From a bacterium (GTDB lineage: Bacteria; Calditrichota; Calditrichia; RBG-13-44-9): a stretch of DNA of 64,000 nt. The DNA lies in NCBI GenBank assembly GCA_020350205.1, contig CP070707.1, positions 3,163,563-3,227,562 of the forward strand, written 5' to 3'. Of the stretch, positions 50,201 through 57,825 are shown one piece after another (the first letter of the stretch is position 1; each line of letters begins with the position of its first letter). Both the position numbers and the translations under genes were made by a program. The notes beneath the pieces were generated by a model, which saw only the letters and a program-made list of their open reading frames with translations, searched no databases and had not been told where the DNA came from.

Positions 50201-50263
50201 CATCTTCCCCAGTATGGGGGTACGAAAAGAGCTATTGGTCGCTGGATTCGAACCACACTCTAG
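47213..50263 (+). CDS. large secreted protein of unknown function (1016 aa)
   Basis: Signal peptide MRIYFILLLILTYFAQAQ, then a beta-rich first ~170 aa and a ~840-aa mixed alpha/beta remainder. I recognised no confident family. A weak PLD-like pair (HAKINLFASLD ... GTMNQNYRS) has non-canonical spacing. Confidence 0.6.
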   Translation: MRIYFILLLILTYFAQAQEVLPPSDGGFTKSMGQPQIYKPYIGFSLGHSYPAVDDKLIAQFRLGVYRDLMNPMYSVLGISAEGYIGSLRTNEDFGFRAMIEMPALRLAGGLDYNYEVERLDFILRITAAVRRGGIFGRGTDLRLEWLPARGNTYNLGIGIPIFQPNRGKTRPKRDYVRLTAPKPPQIPKVPGIPALEEALNNIRESARWINRLTTPYYDYAGADPFAAIADSMKALKKHLNSRNINFPNGRNSEAEVRFFHQELERAFSMAILGESLVMGESVNEGREVAAQARNIILERILYPYNRLLGQKKNSDSILEFAKTARGKMARWMTQSDVIPPERIDAVRYVFQEIIAIIEENRAYSAKIWKDSRLVWLPLQYALLPEQHDSQQELDKIIEGATGQRFTEGNKIWYIINEEFQYEVARQIHAARDYHILWIHDIDAFDAGGDPDTLTFLQIKDSYFQAMIDRIREYDDTGKLPVFMIFLDQFFYQANKTRTWMRLLEKPLTYSLKLSDKSMEQALTEKLTELRRAINRSKLLQAEIQEYGEEWLHNLIKVHVNITNPADISFWSRGILPILGTPDLISRDHRKISFYDVSEEDPYQGVMMIGGMGIGEHYAGPTWDDRGILVQGPAALDLKYAARQLLLDQGFEEQEIPYPLQIRSKASDYARAVQDTIRVWSKKGFTLAKVKQLHNQTGYHPKMVSVANAVMYSLMPRRTFQIIPDSLWDSDFWLAILLGNSLRGGWISIQAPALENAPSAGFPQMSRTQELLARHVVIQEILSEEIEAAGGMFRATLYNPDEDVADFAGQLKEFKHRFESDKNLQELFPFHPSIYRMLDSMIQVLSEQQIAYLSSDAVVRKPKLHAKINLFASLDVVRDLLIMPEFASVFKSYILQRVAQATEYGEVGNVREKAEKFLQVARDWVIKYRDNTPQEDLEKLVFYFKVGTMNQNYRSKVFDGEAVVLISGVYSIYGLMDMIFRIGLTTPIEDLETLEKHLPQYGGTKRAIGRWIRTTL

Positions 50264-50630
50264 AAAAACCTTTCACTAATAAATCAGTAATTCGACATGG
50301 ATATTAGACACGGGAGACAGGAGACCGGATAACAGGGTGATTGAAATGGTTTTTTTAAATGTTGAACCTGAGCTAATTTCAGTTTAATAAAATGGTATCT
50401 TTTTAGAATAATATCATCCTGAATAAGCCATATTGTCTTCTCCCGTCGGGGACACAGTCAGAGAACATGCTGGTAATAAGCAGACGACAGGACTTATTTC
50501 CTTCGGAACAATAATTGCCTGATAAATTTTTGGATCTGCGAAAATCTGTTTTTTTCTTCGTCAACTGTGTCCTATTTTACACTCCCAAAATTTTCATTTA
50601 ATTCGGTTTCACGAATACTTGAGGAATAAT

Positions 50631-51356
50631 GTGAATGATAATAAAGTTGCCTTAATCACCGGAGCCAGTCGCGGAATTGGTCGAGCCATCGCCCTGAAAT
50701 TTGCAAAAGAGGGAATAGCAGTGGCACTGACCGCCAGGGATGAATCGCAAATGAAAAACGTGTCCGATGAAATATCTGCGTTGGGAGGAATTCAGCCCCT
50801 GGAAATTCCGGCGGATCTGCGAGATATCTCTCAGATTCCTGCCATTTCAAAACGGGTAATCAATGAATGGGGCCGGATCGATATTCTGGTGAATAATGCA
50901 GGGCTGGGATATTTAAAACCTTTTCTGGAAATCAAGCCTGAAGAATTTCAGGAAATGCTGGATGTCAATCTGCGAGCCTTGTTTTTGCTGACTCAGGATG
51001 TTCTTCCCCATATGATTGAAAGGAGAACCGGAAATATTGTGAATATTGCTTCATTGGCAGGTAAAAATGGCTTTAAAACCGGAACCGGTTATGCAGCCAC
51101 CAAATGGGCCTTGAGAGGTTTTGCCCAGTGTCTGATGTTAGAGGTTCGCGAATATGATATAAGGGTAATCACAATTTTTCCGGGATCCGTTGAAACAGGA
51201 TTTGGCAGCGGTGGTGTGTCTCCGACCGGTACCCCCAGTCAGAATAAGATTCAGTCTGTCGACATCGCGGAGACCGTCTATCTGGCAGTAAATATGCCAG
51301 ACCGCACCATGCTGAGTGAGATTGATATGCGTCCCAGTAATCCGGCAAAAAAATAG
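50631..51356 (+). CDS. short-chain dehydrogenase/reductase (SDR) family oxidoreductase
   Basis: TGASRGIGRAIA cofactor motif, NNAG, and catalytic S...YAATKWA (YxxxK). The ORF is open from TTG 50619; GTG 50631 follows a GAGGA RBS. Confidence 0.8.
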   Translation: MNDNKVALITGASRGIGRAIALKFAKEGIAVALTARDESQMKNVSDEISALGGIQPLEIPADLRDISQIPAISKRVINEWGRIDILVNNAGLGYLKPFLEIKPEEFQEMLDVNLRALFLLTQDVLPHMIERRTGNIVNIASLAGKNGFKTGTGYAATKWALRGFAQCLMLEVREYDIRVITIFPGSVETGFGSGGVSPTGTPSQNKIQSVDIAETVYLAVNMPDRTMLSEIDMRPSNPAKK

Positions 51357-51478
51357 CTTTGGAGGCGGTCTGATTTTTTGATTTGCGGAAGGTTTAGTAA
51401 ATGTAAGTATGTACTTTGTTATTCATATGAGAAAAGCACCCGAGAACACCAGGAACGAAAAGAAATAAGGAGGCTAGC

Positions 51479-51934
51479 ATGTTAAAAGTAGGTGATAAAG
51501 CACCCGATTTTAAAGTACTCTCGGATCAGGGGAAAGAGGTAACTTTATCTCAGTTCCTTGGAAAAAAAGATGTGATCCTTTATTTTTATCCCAAAGATAA
51601 TACCAGCGGCTGTACCAAGGAAGCTTGTTCCTTTCGGGATAATATGCCCCGGTTTGACACCAAAAAGGCCGTGGTCTTGGGAGTAAGTCCCGATAGTGTT
51701 AAATCTCATCAGGGTTTTATCCAGAAGCAAAATCTCAATTTCAATCTGTTAAGCGATCCCGAACATAAAGTGGCGGAAGCCTATGGTGCCTGGGGTGAAA
51801 AAAGTATGTATGGGAAAAAATACATGGGTATTTTACGCTCTACTTTTATTATCGGCAAAGACGGAACCATTAAAAAAGTCTATGAAAAGGTAAAACCGGA
51901 GGGGCATGCCGAGGAAGTTTTACAGGCGCTGTAA
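51479..51934 (+). CDS. bcp: thiol peroxidase Bcp (peroxiredoxin Q type)
   Basis: LYFYPKDNTSGCTKEACSFRDN with peroxidatic and resolving Cys in GCT...C arrangement; 151 aa; AAGGAGG RBS. Confidence 0.85.
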   Translation: MLKVGDKAPDFKVLSDQGKEVTLSQFLGKKDVILYFYPKDNTSGCTKEACSFRDNMPRFDTKKAVVLGVSPDSVKSHQGFIQKQNLNFNLLSDPEHKVAEAYGAWGEKSMYGKKYMGILRSTFIIGKDGTIKKVYEKVKPEGHAEEVLQAL

Positions 51935-52088
51935 AATTCCTTTCACAGTTTATACCCGTACTTTAATTATTCAGTTGTGGATGCAGGTCGGGTTATTGCT
52001 GTATACTGTAGGCAGTTCAGTTAGCATGAACTAATTTAGAAATTTATTTATTAATTCCAATTTTGTACCAATTAAGAGTGTTTCAGGA

Positions 52089-52826
52089 GTGACCAAGAAA
52101 TCAGACAGTGAGATGTTATCGATTGTCAGGGGGAAAATCAAAGAGGGGGCAAATTCCGAGCTCTCGCTTACCCGTCCCTTTGTATCCCTCTCCTTTGCTC
52201 AAAGCCTGGATGGGAGTATCTCTCTGCATCCTTCAGCCCCGGTCAGATTAAGCAATATTCATTCGCAAAGTTTTACGCACAGTTTACGTGCCATCCATAA
52301 TTCGATTCTCATCGGTATCGGTACCCTTCTTGCTGACGATCCCCAGCTTACTGTACGTCTGGTTTCGGGGGAAGATCCTATACCGGTAGTGGTGGATAGC
52401 CATCTTCGTTTTCCGACTCATTCCAAGCTGTTGCGGAAAAACACGATCAAACCATGGATCGCCTGCACGTCTGAAATAAGTGATGGGAAAGTTGACATTA
52501 TCCAGAAAAGTGGTGGAGAGATAATTCCCTTGCCGGCTTTATCCAATGGATGGGTCAATTTATCTTCGCTGATGCAACATCTTCATGATAGAGGTATTCG
52601 CTCGGTGATGGTTGAGGGGGGTGCCCGTATTATCACCAGTTTTTTACGGGAGAGACTGGCGGACCAGATTATTCTGACGATTGTCCCGATGATTCTGGGG
52701 GGATTTCGGGGAGTGCGGGAGCTTGAAAACATCGTCTCCCCCTTTATTACAAATCTTAAAAATATAAATTATGAACTGATCCAGGATAATCTGATTGTCC
52801 GGGGTGATCTTAATTATCAGGTATGA
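52089..52826 (+). CDS. stand-alone RibD C-terminal-type (DHFR-fold) pyrimidine reductase
   Basis: RPFVSLSFAQSLDGSIS matches the RibG/RibD reductase-domain N-terminal consensus (P.V.LK.A.SLDG.I); Rossmann-like remainder (MVEGGARI). No deaminase domain is present. It uses a GTG start. Confidence 0.6.
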   Translation: MTKKSDSEMLSIVRGKIKEGANSELSLTRPFVSLSFAQSLDGSISLHPSAPVRLSNIHSQSFTHSLRAIHNSILIGIGTLLADDPQLTVRLVSGEDPIPVVVDSHLRFPTHSKLLRKNTIKPWIACTSEISDGKVDIIQKSGGEIIPLPALSNGWVNLSSLMQHLHDRGIRSVMVEGGARIITSFLRERLADQIILTIVPMILGGFRGVRELENIVSPFITNLKNINYELIQDNLIVRGDLNYQV

Positions 52827-53875
52827 TGAAAACCCAGAAACTTTTTTTTGAAAAAAAGAAGACCATTGTAATTCACGAGGAAAGATTGGGATCTCCGGGT
52901 CCCGGGCAGGTCCTGGTTGAGGCGAAGTATTCAGCAATCAGTACCGGTTCCGAAATGGTATTGTTCCGCGGTGATTTCCCGGAGGGGATGACCACTGATA
53001 TGTCGCTCAATTCCCTGGCAGGAGTCATGAAATACCCGCTTTCTTATGGTTATGCACTGGTGGGGAAGGTTATTGAAATTGGAAAAAATACAGATCCGGA
53101 ATGGCTGGATAAAAGTGTCTTTTTGTTTCATCCGCATCAGTCATATATCGTGGTTCCTCAGACCGAACTTTTCCTCATCCCTCCGGATCTCAATGAGAAA
53201 AATGCGTTATTTCTTCCCAATATGGAAACTGCCATCGGATGTGTTATGGATGCGGCGCCGCTTCTGGGAGAAAATGTTGTCATTTTTGGACAGGGAGTCG
53301 TGGGTCTTCTGACAACATCCGTGCTGGCAAAATATCCCTTGAATCGGCTAGTTGCGGTAGATCCGTTGGAGAAAAGAAGGATAACCGCAAAAAATATCGG
53401 GGCGAATGCTGTATTCGATCCAGGAGATAAAAATTTTTTTGACGAAATTCACGATATGTTTCGTTCGAAGACACATCTAACAGATCAGCAAAGTGGTCCT
53501 GATCTCATATTTGAAATGTCCGGAAATCCAGAGGTTTTAAATACGGCTATTTCTATTGCCGGTTATCATAGCCGTATTATCGTTGGATCTTGGTATGGAA
53601 CGAAAACCGCCCATTTGAACCTGGGTGATAGATTTCATCGGAATCGGCTGCGGATTATCAGCAGCCAGGTGAGTACCATTCAGCCAGACTTACGGGGACG
53701 CTGGAATAAGGAAAGGCGGATGGAATTGGTATGGTCATGGTTGAAGCAGGTCACTCCTTCGAGATTGATTACCCATTACATTCCATTTTCCGAGGCACAA
53801 TCTGCTTATGCCTTGTTGGATGAACAGCCGGAGCAAGCCTTACAGGTTGTTTTGACATATGAAGGGAGAACCTAG
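52823..53875 (+). CDS. medium-chain dehydrogenase/reductase (MDR) family oxidoreductase, non-classical Zn site
   Basis: GroES-like N-domain, then GYALVGKV in place of the GHE..G motif, and Rossmann VVIFGQGVVGLL. It overlaps the upstream gene by 4 bp and abuts the next. Confidence 0.65.
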   Translation: MMKTQKLFFEKKKTIVIHEERLGSPGPGQVLVEAKYSAISTGSEMVLFRGDFPEGMTTDMSLNSLAGVMKYPLSYGYALVGKVIEIGKNTDPEWLDKSVFLFHPHQSYIVVPQTELFLIPPDLNEKNALFLPNMETAIGCVMDAAPLLGENVVIFGQGVVGLLTTSVLAKYPLNRLVAVDPLEKRRITAKNIGANAVFDPGDKNFFDEIHDMFRSKTHLTDQQSGPDLIFEMSGNPEVLNTAISIAGYHSRIIVGSWYGTKTAHLNLGDRFHRNRLRIISSQVSTIQPDLRGRWNKERRMELVWSWLKQVTPSRLITHYIPFSEAQSAYALLDEQPEQALQVVLTYEGRT

Positions 53876-54252
53876 TGTATACAGTGACTGTAATCCGGGA
53901 TTTTATGGCACAACATTATTTAATTGGTGGTGACTGGGGAGATGAAAACAACTGGCATACCCATCATTATGAGGTTGAGGTACAGCTGCAGGGTAAACAG
54001 CTGGATCGGCATGGGTATCTGGTCGATATTGTTGAAATAGAAGACGCTCTGAGCCAGGTAATCTGGTATTTCAAAGACAAAACTCTGAATGAATTACCGG
54101 AATTTAATCAGCTAAATCCCAGCATCGAACATTTTTCCCGAATCATAGGTGAAATGTTTGCCCGGAAAATTTCCACACAAAATTTGACTGCCCTGGTTCT
54201 CAAGTTATGGGAACATGAAGCCGCCTGGGCATCCTATACATTGAAATTTTAG
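53875..54252 (+). CDS. 6-pyruvoyl-tetrahydropterin synthase/QueD-fold protein lacking the catalytic Cys
   Basis: 125 aa. FMAQHYL and NNWHTHHYEVEV reproduce the QueD/PTPS zinc-His layout (H...HxH), but the position of the catalytic Cys (C-x3-HGH) is occupied by Glu (DENNWHTHH). Confidence 0.6.
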   Translation: MYTVTVIRDFMAQHYLIGGDWGDENNWHTHHYEVEVQLQGKQLDRHGYLVDIVEIEDALSQVIWYFKDKTLNELPEFNQLNPSIEHFSRIIGEMFARKISTQNLTALVLKLWEHEAAWASYTLKF

Positions 54253-54354
54253 ATAGGTATTTTCCCGGCTATTTATGTCTGAGCAAATGATGATGTTTCC
54301 TTAGATATATGAATGTTTATGCATGTCTGTTTATAATTTTAAGATATAATCAAA

Positions 54355-55383
54355 ATGAAATTCCAATTCTTCCTGCCAGATATTTTAGATTTTCCCACCG
54401 GCGGTAATATATTTAACCAGCATTTCATGCAACAACTGGCCCGATCTCACGAAGTAGATCAGATCATTGTATCACCAAAAAAAAAGGTTAATATACCAGA
54501 CACAGTAGAACTGGAAACCGATACCTGTTGGCTGATCGATAGCCTGTTAACAGGTCATCAGGAATTAATTAAAAGTATAGCGGACATCAATATTTCGTAT
54601 GGGAAATGGCTGTTGGTCCATTATCTGAATATGCTGGATCCCGCCCATGCGTCTGGTCCTGATACCGATGAAGAGAGGAAGAATTTAGCTCACTTCGACG
54701 GCTATATTGTAACCAGCCGGTATTCGAAAAATCAATTGATGAATAACGGAATTCCCGCAAGAAATATTGTTGTCATTCAACCGGGAATCAATGAAAGATT
54801 TTTGGTAAGACGCAAGCCCCGCATAGTCGTACAGTTACTCACGGTCTCCAGCATTTTCCCCGGGAAAGGTTTGTTGGAATTTCTGAAGGTTCTGGAGAAT
54901 CTGTCCGATTTACCCTGGCAATGGATTCTGATAGGTGCGGACGAGCTTGATCCTGAATTTACAGCGGAGTTTTTACGACACATCGGCAGCAGCCGTTTGA
55001 AAAATCGTATCCAGATTCTGGGACCGCTTTCTCAGGTTAGCCTTTTTCAGATCTATAAGCAGAGTGATATATTTGTGCTGAATTCGCGATTTGAGTCCTG
55101 CAGTATGGTTACCATGGAAGCTATGAGTTTTGGATTGGCCATTCTGGCGAACGAGGTGGGAGGATTGCCGGAATTGGTGCAATCTCAGGAGAACGGTTAT
55201 CTGGTTCCGCCGGGAGATAGAGATCAGTTTAGCGAAGTTTTAAGGAAGTTGATCTCCAAACCTGATTTGCGAATCTCACTGGGAGAAAAAGCATTCCATA
55301 GCAGCCGTTCTTTTCCGAGTTGGCCGCAATGTGCGAAAAAATTTTTAAAATTTTTAGAATCTCACCCAACACCGCAGACATAA
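54355..55383 (+). CDS. GT4-family glycosyltransferase
   Basis: N-terminal DFPTGGNIFNQHFMQQLARSHEV and the C-terminal GT-B donor domain with E-x7-E (ESCSMVTMEAMSFGLAILANEVGGLPELV). Confidence 0.75.
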   Translation: MKFQFFLPDILDFPTGGNIFNQHFMQQLARSHEVDQIIVSPKKKVNIPDTVELETDTCWLIDSLLTGHQELIKSIADINISYGKWLLVHYLNMLDPAHASGPDTDEERKNLAHFDGYIVTSRYSKNQLMNNGIPARNIVVIQPGINERFLVRRKPRIVVQLLTVSSIFPGKGLLEFLKVLENLSDLPWQWILIGADELDPEFTAEFLRHIGSSRLKNRIQILGPLSQVSLFQIYKQSDIFVLNSRFESCSMVTMEAMSFGLAILANEVGGLPELVQSQENGYLVPPGDRDQFSEVLRKLISKPDLRISLGEKAFHSSRSFPSWPQCAKKFLKFLESHPTPQT

Positions 55384-55499
55384 CGGACTTATAATTAAAA
55401 TATCCGATGGTATGTGCAAATTCAAGCATCTTAAATTTTTGGTGTTGTTTGTATCATGAAATCTTTAATATAAAAATAAATTAAATTATATTTTTTGAA

Positions 55500-56210
55500 A
55501 TGATTCATACTGAAAAAACTGTCCGCAGCTGGTTCGATCAACTTTACAAGCAAAAGCAGCTCAAAAGTATGCGCCAAATTGATGCGTATACTGTTTATCT
55601 GGATCACCTGGAGGTGGAACCAGAGAAAAAATTCCTTGACATTGGATGCGGACCGGGTTTGCTTCTGAAAACTGCCCGGGCGAGAGGGCTGCAAACCTAT
55701 GGTATTGATCTTTCCCCGCAAGCGATTTCCCTGGCTTCTCAAACCTCCCCTGATTCTCAACTACAGGTAGGGAATGTTACCCAAATCTCCTACCCGGATA
55801 AAAGCTTTGATTATATCACCTGTATTGGTGTTTTAGAGCATTTTCTGGAAATGGACAAATCCATCAGTGAATTGAAACGTATTGCGAAAGATGATGCGCG
55901 TTATTGCATAATGGTTCCTAATTCCCGTACACTATACTGGAAAATTTCAGAAAGATTCAGCCGTACCCATCGTGAGAGCAATGAAAATGCCCGAAGTTTG
56001 CAAGAATGGCAAGATTTATTTTCCCATTATGAGTTTAAGATCCGGGTGGTTCATCGAGATGACTGGCAGATCCGAAAATTTTTTATTATCTTGGGTTTGG
56101 GCACGTTTCCGCAACTCACGGCATTTGTTAAAAAGATACTCTGGAAAATCATCCCTTTAACTTTTGCCCATCAGTTTATCTTTATTTTGGAAAAGAAAAA
56201 CCATGTCTGA
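55500..56210 (+). CDS. class I SAM-dependent methyltransferase
   Basis: Motif I FLDIGCGPGLL, motif post-I YGIDLS, and the conserved acidic/hydrophobic motif II (ITCIGVLEH). Confidence 0.75.
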   Translation: MIHTEKTVRSWFDQLYKQKQLKSMRQIDAYTVYLDHLEVEPEKKFLDIGCGPGLLLKTARARGLQTYGIDLSPQAISLASQTSPDSQLQVGNVTQISYPDKSFDYITCIGVLEHFLEMDKSISELKRIAKDDARYCIMVPNSRTLYWKISERFSRTHRESNENARSLQEWQDLFSHYEFKIRVVHRDDWQIRKFFIILGLGTFPQLTAFVKKILWKIIPLTFAHQFIFILEKKNHV

Positions 56211-57069
56211 GCGTAAATCATCATCGGATACCCGACTGTCAGAACTGTACGAAAATCTCTCCCGCTATTCATACAATATAAACCGGTTAAAAGGTAAATC
56301 CCGTTTTACCATGCACAAACCGTTACAGATTCCTGCTGAAGTCCAACACCTTTATGTGGACAAGGATAAATCAAATTATTTGGATGACCTGGTGTTAATC
56401 GAGGCAGGTTTACCGGAAAATCCTCGGGTGCTGGATGCCGGATGCGGATTTGGGGGATCCATATTCCGCTGGAATCATCTCAGACCCGGTATATACCATG
56501 GTATGACCCTGAGCAACTATCAGAAGAGTATTGCCTTGAGAGAGGCGCAGCGTCGCGGGGTGAGCGCAAATTGTATGTTTTATGTACAGAACTATTTGGA
56601 GCCGATCAACATCAAATATCATGGGATAATAGCCATTGAATCTCTTATTCACAGTTCGGATCTTAATGCTACTTTGTCAAATTTTACTCAGGCATTGCTT
56701 CTGAAAGGTAAACTGGCCATCGTCGATGACATGTCTCGGGATGAACAAGTACGTCATGAAGAAGACTACCAATTGTTGAAGGATTACTGGTATTTAACAG
56801 ATATCCCTTCCGAAATGGACTATGTTGAGCTTCTGGGAAAAAACAATTTGAAAATTATCTCTAATCTGGATTTAACCCCACAGATTCGTTTCAATTCGGA
56901 TCGATTACTGAGTCAGAAAATAAGAAGAACGAAATTTCTTTTGCGCCTCATGCCCATCAAATCTTTGAGGATCTTTCTGAGAACACATCTGGGGGGCTTT
57001 GCTTTACAAAAATTATATAATAAAGGAATGATGAAATATCAGCTTATAGTTGCACAGAAGGAATCTTAA
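56203..57069 (+). CDS. class I SAM-dependent methyltransferase
   Basis: ATG 56203 overlaps the upstream stop (ATGTCTGA). Motif I VLDAGCGFGGS, HGMTLS, and IIAIESLIH. The ORF is open from 56164. Confidence 0.7.
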   Translation: MSERKSSSDTRLSELYENLSRYSYNINRLKGKSRFTMHKPLQIPAEVQHLYVDKDKSNYLDDLVLIEAGLPENPRVLDAGCGFGGSIFRWNHLRPGIYHGMTLSNYQKSIALREAQRRGVSANCMFYVQNYLEPINIKYHGIIAIESLIHSSDLNATLSNFTQALLLKGKLAIVDDMSRDEQVRHEEDYQLLKDYWYLTDIPSEMDYVELLGKNNLKIISNLDLTPQIRFNSDRLLSQKIRRTKFLLRLMPIKSLRIFLRTHLGGFALQKLYNKGMMKYQLIVAQKES

Positions 57070-57821
57070 ATTTTGTCTGCTCTCAAAATAATGCCGCCCT
57101 GTAAAAAATGTAAACCTATCAGTTTTCCTATTAAATCCAACCTGCCTAGAAAACTCCCCCAGTATTTGGACATGTCCCCCCGCGGAATAAAGCTCCAATA
57201 TTCAGTCTGAATCCTATTGAATCCGGATTCGGTAAACAGCGCCTTTAATTCAGATGCAGGCAGAAACAGATCGGTTGATAGATGGCGCGTGGAATATCCA
57301 AATAAAGGGGCGATCAGGCGATACCATATATATTTACCATTGGGGGTCATGAGTATTATTCTTCCTCCCGGTTTGAGAACCCGATAAAATTGCCTGACGA
57401 CTTTGGTCTTTTCCAGCATGTGCTCGAAGGCACCAATACACATCACCAGATCTACACAACTGTCTTCTATGGTTTTTAATTCCTGCGCATAATCTACCTG
57501 AAATTGCAGCTTGTCGGCATGAGGTGATTCATTCCGTGCTTTCTGGGCGGATTCAATCATGTTCCGGGAAAAATCCACCCCGATGCCGTATTTAATAACA
57601 GGGGCGATATAGTACAGGTGATGACCATTTCCACATCCCACATCCAGAACCACATCCTGAGTATTCAGGTGACCCAACTTATGCAGCTGTTCCATTCGAT
57701 ATTGCAACAGTCGGCCTGAATCTCCGTGGGCTTCCCGATATTCCGGGGCTGTTTCCTCAAAAAACTGCCGAATATCGCTTTCAGAATTACATTGACGGGT
57801 CTGTAGTTTTTTTGATGTCAT
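57066..57821 (-). CDS. class I SAM-dependent methyltransferase
   Basis: Motif I VLDVGCGNGHH, YGIGVDFS and MCIGAFEHM. The ORF is open to 57935, but starting at the internal Met (MTSKKLQ, 57821) avoids overlap with the upstream gene. Confidence 0.7.
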   Translation of the reverse strand: MTSKKLQTRQCNSESDIRQFFEETAPEYREAHGDSGRLLQYRMEQLHKLGHLNTQDVVLDVGCGNGHHLYYIAPVIKYGIGVDFSRNMIESAQKARNESPHADKLQFQVDYAQELKTIEDSCVDLVMCIGAFEHMLEKTKVVRQFYRVLKPGGRIILMTPNGKYIWYRLIAPLFGYSTRHLSTDLFLPASELKALFTESGFNRIQTEYWSFIPRGDMSKYWGSFLGRLDLIGKLIGLHFLQGGIILRADKI

Positions 57822-57825
57822 ATTA

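Noticed and set aside
47213-50263. Calling the 1016-aa protein a phospholipase D / HKD nuclease
   Set aside because: HAK and GTMN..RS elements are present but about 90 residues apart, and the invariant Asp position after HxK is Ala. This is insufficient for a family call without a profile search.
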